From an uncultured Gemmatimonadales bacterium (GTDB lineage Bacteria > Gemmatimonadota > Gemmatimonadetes > Gemmatimonadales > Gemmatimonadaceae): a stretch of 64,000 bases of DNA. The notes below the pieces were generated by a model. It did no database searches. It was given only the letters and a program-made list of their open reading frames with translations, and was not told where the DNA came from. The stretch covers positions 1,568,001 to 1,632,000 of the forward strand of contig CAWKNZ010000002.1 of the NCBI GenBank assembly GCA_963851265.1, given 5' to 3'. Positions 60,416 through 64,000 of this stretch are shown here, piece after piece (positions within the stretch are counted from its first letter, which is position 1; each line of letters opens with the position of its first letter). The translations under genes were made by a program, and so were the position numbers.

Positions 60416-61968
60416 GCGGTCGCGACCGAAGCGGTGGGGCGCGGCGGCGCGCGTGCGCCGCGAGCACGATCACGGTCGTGACCGGCGGGTGGTGGATCGC
60501 GGCGTGCGCGTCGCCCGGCTTTCCTGCCGGCGGACCGCCGCGCGCGATCCCGCCGCGCCTCGTCGCCATTGCGCCCGACACGCTGGCCGTCGGCGCACGC
60601 CCGAAGTCCGTCGAGTTCACCTTCGACGAGGTCATCAACGAGGCGTCGCGCGGGACCGGCGCGGCCGCCGGCACCGGCGGCGGCGCGACGGGGCTCGAAT
60701 CGGTGGTGCTCGTCTCGCCGCGGAGCGGCTCGGTGTCGGTCGACTGGGGCCGCGAGCGGATCTACGTCCGCCCACGCCGCGGCTTCCGGCCTAACGTGAC
60801 GTACACGATCACGATCCTCGCCGGATTGTCGGACCTCCGGAACCACGCGCGCGACTCCGCGACGATCGCCGTGTTCAGCACGGGCGGCGCGATCGCGGGG
60901 AGCGAGATCCGCGGCGTGGTCTTCGACTGGGTGAACGGGCGCACGGCGCCCGGCGCAGTCGTCGAGGCCGTCGCGGCGGACAGCGTGCCGTACGTCGCGC
61001 TCGCCGATACGGCCGGGCGGTTCGTGATCGCGAACGTTCCCGCCGGCGCCTACCTGGTCCGTGGCGGGGTCGACGTGAACGGCAACCGCGCGATCGACCC
61101 TCGCGAACCGTTCGACACGGCGCGCACGTCCGCCACGGTTCGTGTGGGTCCGCCCGTCTTTACCGCGCCCATCGCGCCGGCGGTGCTTGCCGCCGAACTC
61201 GAGGCGTCCAAGGACAGCACGCGGCCGCGACCGCGGCGAGTGCCGGCACCGCGGGTCGGCGTGGGCGTGGGCGACACCACGATCAGGGGCCTCGCGCTGT
61301 ACGCGTTCGTGCACGACACCCTCACCCCGCGCGTCGGAACGGTCACGCCGATCGACAGCAGCACGCTCCGCCTGTCGTTCGACCGCGCGCTCCGCCCCGA
61401 CCAGCCGTTCGGGCCGGCGCAGATTCGCGTCGTCGGACCAGACTCGGCCGTCGTCGCCGTGCGCGAGGTGCTGACCGCGGCCGTCTTCGACTCGACGGCG
61501 CAAGCGGCCATCAACGCGGCGCGCGCGCACGCGGACAGCGCGGCCCGCGCGAACCCGCCGGCCAACCCGCCGGCGAACGCGGCTGCCGGCGCTCGAGCGA
61601 CCGCGCCGAACACGTCGCCCATCGGCGCCGCCAACCGGCCGCCCGGCCCGCGACTGGGGCGCCCGGTTCCGCCCGTGGACCTCATCGTCCGGCTCGGCGC
61701 GAATCTGCGACCGAACACCATCTACCGCCTGGCGGTGCGCGACATCCGATCGCTGTCCGGCATCGCGGGTACGACGGAGCGGACGTTCACGACGCCACGG
61801 TCGGCACCGCCGCCGCGCCCGTCACCCGCACCGCGCAGTATCCCGGCCCGCCCGGCGGGCGCCCCCGGCGCGGCGCCTGCGGGAGGGCCGCCCGCCGGCG
61901 CGCCGCCGCCCACGTCGCCGGCGACGCCCCGGACCTCGCCGGGCACACCGCCCGACCGTGAGCGCTGA
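60412..61968 (+). CDS. Ig-like (Big_5-type) domain lipoprotein with a Pro-rich tail
   Basis: IAACASPGFPAGGP lipobox region, FTFDEVI, YTITILAGLSDLRN and DVNGNRAID; GTGA overlap with valS. Confidence 0.75.
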   Translation: MSGRDRSGGARRRACAASTITVVTGGWWIAACASPGFPAGGPPRAIPPRLVAIAPDTLAVGARPKSVEFTFDEVINEASRGTGAAAGTGGGATGLESVVLVSPRSGSVSVDWGRERIYVRPRRGFRPNVTYTITILAGLSDLRNHARDSATIAVFSTGGAIAGSEIRGVVFDWVNGRTAPGAVVEAVAADSVPYVALADTAGRFVIANVPAGAYLVRGGVDVNGNRAIDPREPFDTARTSATVRVGPPVFTAPIAPAVLAAELEASKDSTRPRPRRVPAPRVGVGVGDTTIRGLALYAFVHDTLTPRVGTVTPIDSSTLRLSFDRALRPDQPFGPAQIRVVGPDSAVVAVREVLTAAVFDSTAQAAINAARAHADSAARANPPANPPANAAAGARATAPNTSPIGAANRPPGPRLGRPVPPVDLIVRLGANLRPNTIYRLAVRDIRSLSGIAGTTERTFTTPRSAPPPRPSPAPRSIPARPAGAPGAAPAGGPPAGAPPPTSPATPRTSPGTPPDRER

Positions 61969-62581
61969 CGTGGCCGCTGAGCCTGACGTGACCGAGCGCC
62001 GGCGTGGCGCGGTGTTTTTCGACCGCGACGGGACGCTCATCGAGGATGAGCATTACCTCGCCGACCCGGATCGGGTTCGCCTTAGACCGGGCGCGGCGGC
62101 AGCGGTGCACCGCGTGCGCACCGCCGGGCTCGCCGCCGTCGTCGTGACCAACCAGTCGGGGATCGGGCGCGGGCTGTTCGGCGAAGCCGAGTACGAAGCC
62201 GTGCGCGCACGCCTCGACGACCTCCTCGCCGGCGCAGGTGCGCAACTCGACGCGACCTACCACTGCCCGCACGCGCCCGACATCGAGCCGCCGTGTGCGT
62301 GCCGCAAACCGGGGCGCGCGCTGTTCGAGCGTGCGGCGGCGGAGCTGGGACTCGACCTCGCGCGCTCGGGTGCGATCGGCGATCGGGTGCGCGACCTCAC
62401 TCCCGTCGTTCGGCTCGGCGGATACGGCGTGCTGGTGCCATCGCCCGACACCCCGCTGGCCGAGATGACGCGGGCGCGCGACGAATACGCCCTCGCCACG
62501 ACGCTCGACGCCGCGGTCGACCGCGTGCTGGCGCGAATCGCCGCGCGAGGCGGCGGCGCGGACGGCGTGGACATCCCGTGA
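61958..62581 (+). CDS. gmhB: HAD-IIIA phosphatase, D,D-heptose 1,7-bisphosphate phosphatase-like
   Basis: FFDRDGTL, VTNQSGIGRG, CPH...CACRKP and IGD. Confidence 0.88.
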   Translation: MSADVAAEPDVTERRRGAVFFDRDGTLIEDEHYLADPDRVRLRPGAAAAVHRVRTAGLAAVVVTNQSGIGRGLFGEAEYEAVRARLDDLLAGAGAQLDATYHCPHAPDIEPPCACRKPGRALFERAAAELGLDLARSGAIGDRVRDLTPVVRLGGYGVLVPSPDTPLAEMTRARDEYALATTLDAAVDRVLARIAARGGGADGVDIP

Positions 62582-63306
62582 CCGGGCGCGCACGCGTGGC
62601 GGTGTTCGCGTCCGGCGGTGGCAGCAACCTCGGCGCCCTGCTCGACCATCTCGATGCGCGCGCGCACGCCCGGGCCGCCGACGTGGTGCTCGTCGCGAGC
62701 GACCGCGCCGGCGCGCTCGCGCTCGACCGCGCCCGGCAACGCGGAATCGCCACGCAACATGTCGCCGACCCCGCGGACGCAGACGCGATGCTCGCGACGC
62801 TCGCGGCCAAAGGCGTGGACCTCGTCGTCCTCGCCGGATACCTCAAGTTCGTGCCCGCGGAGGTCACGCGGGCGCACCCCGGGCGCATGCTCAACGTGCA
62901 TCCGTCGCTGCTGCCGGCCTTCGGCGGACCGGGGATGTACGGCGCCCGCGTGCACCGCGCCGTGCTGGCCGCGGGCGCGGGGGTGAGCGGGGCCACGGTG
63001 CACTTCGTCGACGAGGTGTACGACCGCGGGCCGATCGTCGCGCAGTGGCCGGTGCCCGTGCGCGCCGACGACACGCCCGAGTCGCTCGCGGCGCGCGTGC
63101 TCCGCGTCGAACACCTGCTGCTGCCTCGCGCGGTCGACGCCGTGGCGTCCGGCCGCGTCGCGCTCTCGCACGACGGGCGCGTCCGGTCGGTCTACGCGCC
63201 CGCCGACTCGCCGTTCGCGCCGAGCGGCCCCGACGCGCACGACGACGCCGTAGCGGCGTCGCTCGACGCCGCGTTCGCGGCACCGTTCGACCCGGCCGGC
63301 GCCTAA
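62578..63306 (+). CDS. purN: Phosphoribosylglycinamide formyltransferase
   Basis: ASGGGSNL, LAGYLK, NVHPSLLPAFGG and GATVHFVDE. Confidence 0.96.
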   Translation: MTGRARVAVFASGGGSNLGALLDHLDARAHARAADVVLVASDRAGALALDRARQRGIATQHVADPADADAMLATLAAKGVDLVVLAGYLKFVPAEVTRAHPGRMLNVHPSLLPAFGGPGMYGARVHRAVLAAGAGVSGATVHFVDEVYDRGPIVAQWPVPVRADDTPESLAARVLRVEHLLLPRAVDAVASGRVALSHDGRVRSVYAPADSPFAPSGPDAHDDAVAASLDAAFAAPFDPAGA

Positions 63307-63348
63307 CTCGCGCCGGCACCGGCCACCGCCCAACACGCCGCCCCACCC

Positions 63349-64000
63349 ATGCCCCGCGCCCTCCTTTCGGTTTCGAATAAGTCCGGCCTGTCCGAATTCG
63401 CCCGCGGCCTCGCGGCGCTCGGGTTCGACCTCGTCTCGACCGGCGGGACCGCGCGCGCGCTGCGCGACGAGGGCCTCGCGGTCGCCGACGTGAGCGACGT
63501 GACGCGATTTCCCGAAATGCTCGACGGGCGCGTGAAGACGCTGCACCCGGCGGTGCACGGCGGGCTCCTCGCCCGGCGCGACCTTCCCGAGCACGTCGCG
63601 ACGATCGCGGAGCACGGGATCGCGCCGATCGACGTGGTCGCGGTGAACCTGTACCCGTTTCGCGAGACCGTCGCCCGCCCCGACGTCACGCCCGACGAGG
63701 CCGTCGAGCAGATCGACATCGGCGGCCCGTCGATGCTCCGCTCCGCGGCGAAGAACTTCGACGCGGTGACCGTCGTCGTCGACCCCGCCGACTACCCGGC
63801 CGTGCTCGACGCGCTCGGGCGCGGCGGCGACGCCGCGCTGCGGCGGCGGCTCGCGGCCAAGGTGTACGCGCACACGGCCGCGTACGACGCGGCCATCGCG
63901 GCGTGGTTCGCGGAGCAGGAGGGAGAGCGCTTCCCCGATCGCCTCGCGATCGCCGGCGAGCGCGCGCAGACGCTCCGCTACGGCGAGAACCCCGACCAGC
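63349..64000 (+). CDS. purH: Bifunctional AICAR transformylase/IMP cyclohydrolase (partial, runs off window)
   Basis: Manual translation: [14 protein letters not shown]...STGGT...GRVKTLHP...[15 protein letters not shown]...LRYGENP. Confidence 0.97.
   Translation, partial: MPRALLSVSNKSGLSEFARGLAALGFDLVSTGGTARALRDEGLAVADVSDVTRFPEMLDGRVKTLHPAVHGGLLARRDLPEHVATIAEHGIAPIDVVAVNLYPFRETVARPDVTPDEAVEQIDIGGPSMLRSAAKNFDAVTVVVDPADYPAVLDALGRGGDAALRRRLAAKVYAHTAAYDAAIAAWFAEQEGERFPDRLAIAGERAQTLRYGENPDQ

Noticed and set aside
61549..61960. ANPP repeats and Pro-rich tail in the Ig-like lipoprotein
   Set aside because: Ordinary low-complexity linker.

Overview
64 kb of very GC-rich (roughly 72-74% by eye) bacterial core chromosome. 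Gene content, gene order and protein sequences suggest Gemmatimonadota (Gemmatirosa/Gemmatimonadaceae-like); this is an inference. About 50 CDS and two CAU-anticodon tRNAs are present. Housekeeping blocks: tilS-hpt-ftsH-(MFS)-folP-cdaA-DUF2723-yggS-divIVA-ileS; glnK-amtB; aceB; a second FtsH; deoC plus a double-length ALDH; thiolase-CPBP-hbd-ACAD-Leu dehydrogenase-glyA-...-nnr-thiL-plsC-eno-ftsB-tRNA-fMet-tRNA-Met; thrS; valS-...-gmhB-purN-purH. Envelope, secreted and stress proteins lie in between. No mobile elements, CRISPR arrays or rRNA genes were seen. Three signals are not explained by the gene annotation. (1) The heptamer GCCTAAC/GTTAGGC occurs at least 23 times, in several reading frames and both orientations, and forces rare TTA/CTA codons. 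(2) A ~230-nt highly structured intergenic element (24922-25155) carries a 13-nt perfect complement of the 16S rRNA 3' end in front of a 14-codon ORF. (3) At least six genes have a -10-like box 6-7 nt upstream of the ATG, i.e. apparently leaderless mRNAs. All counts were made by eye and no database searches were run.
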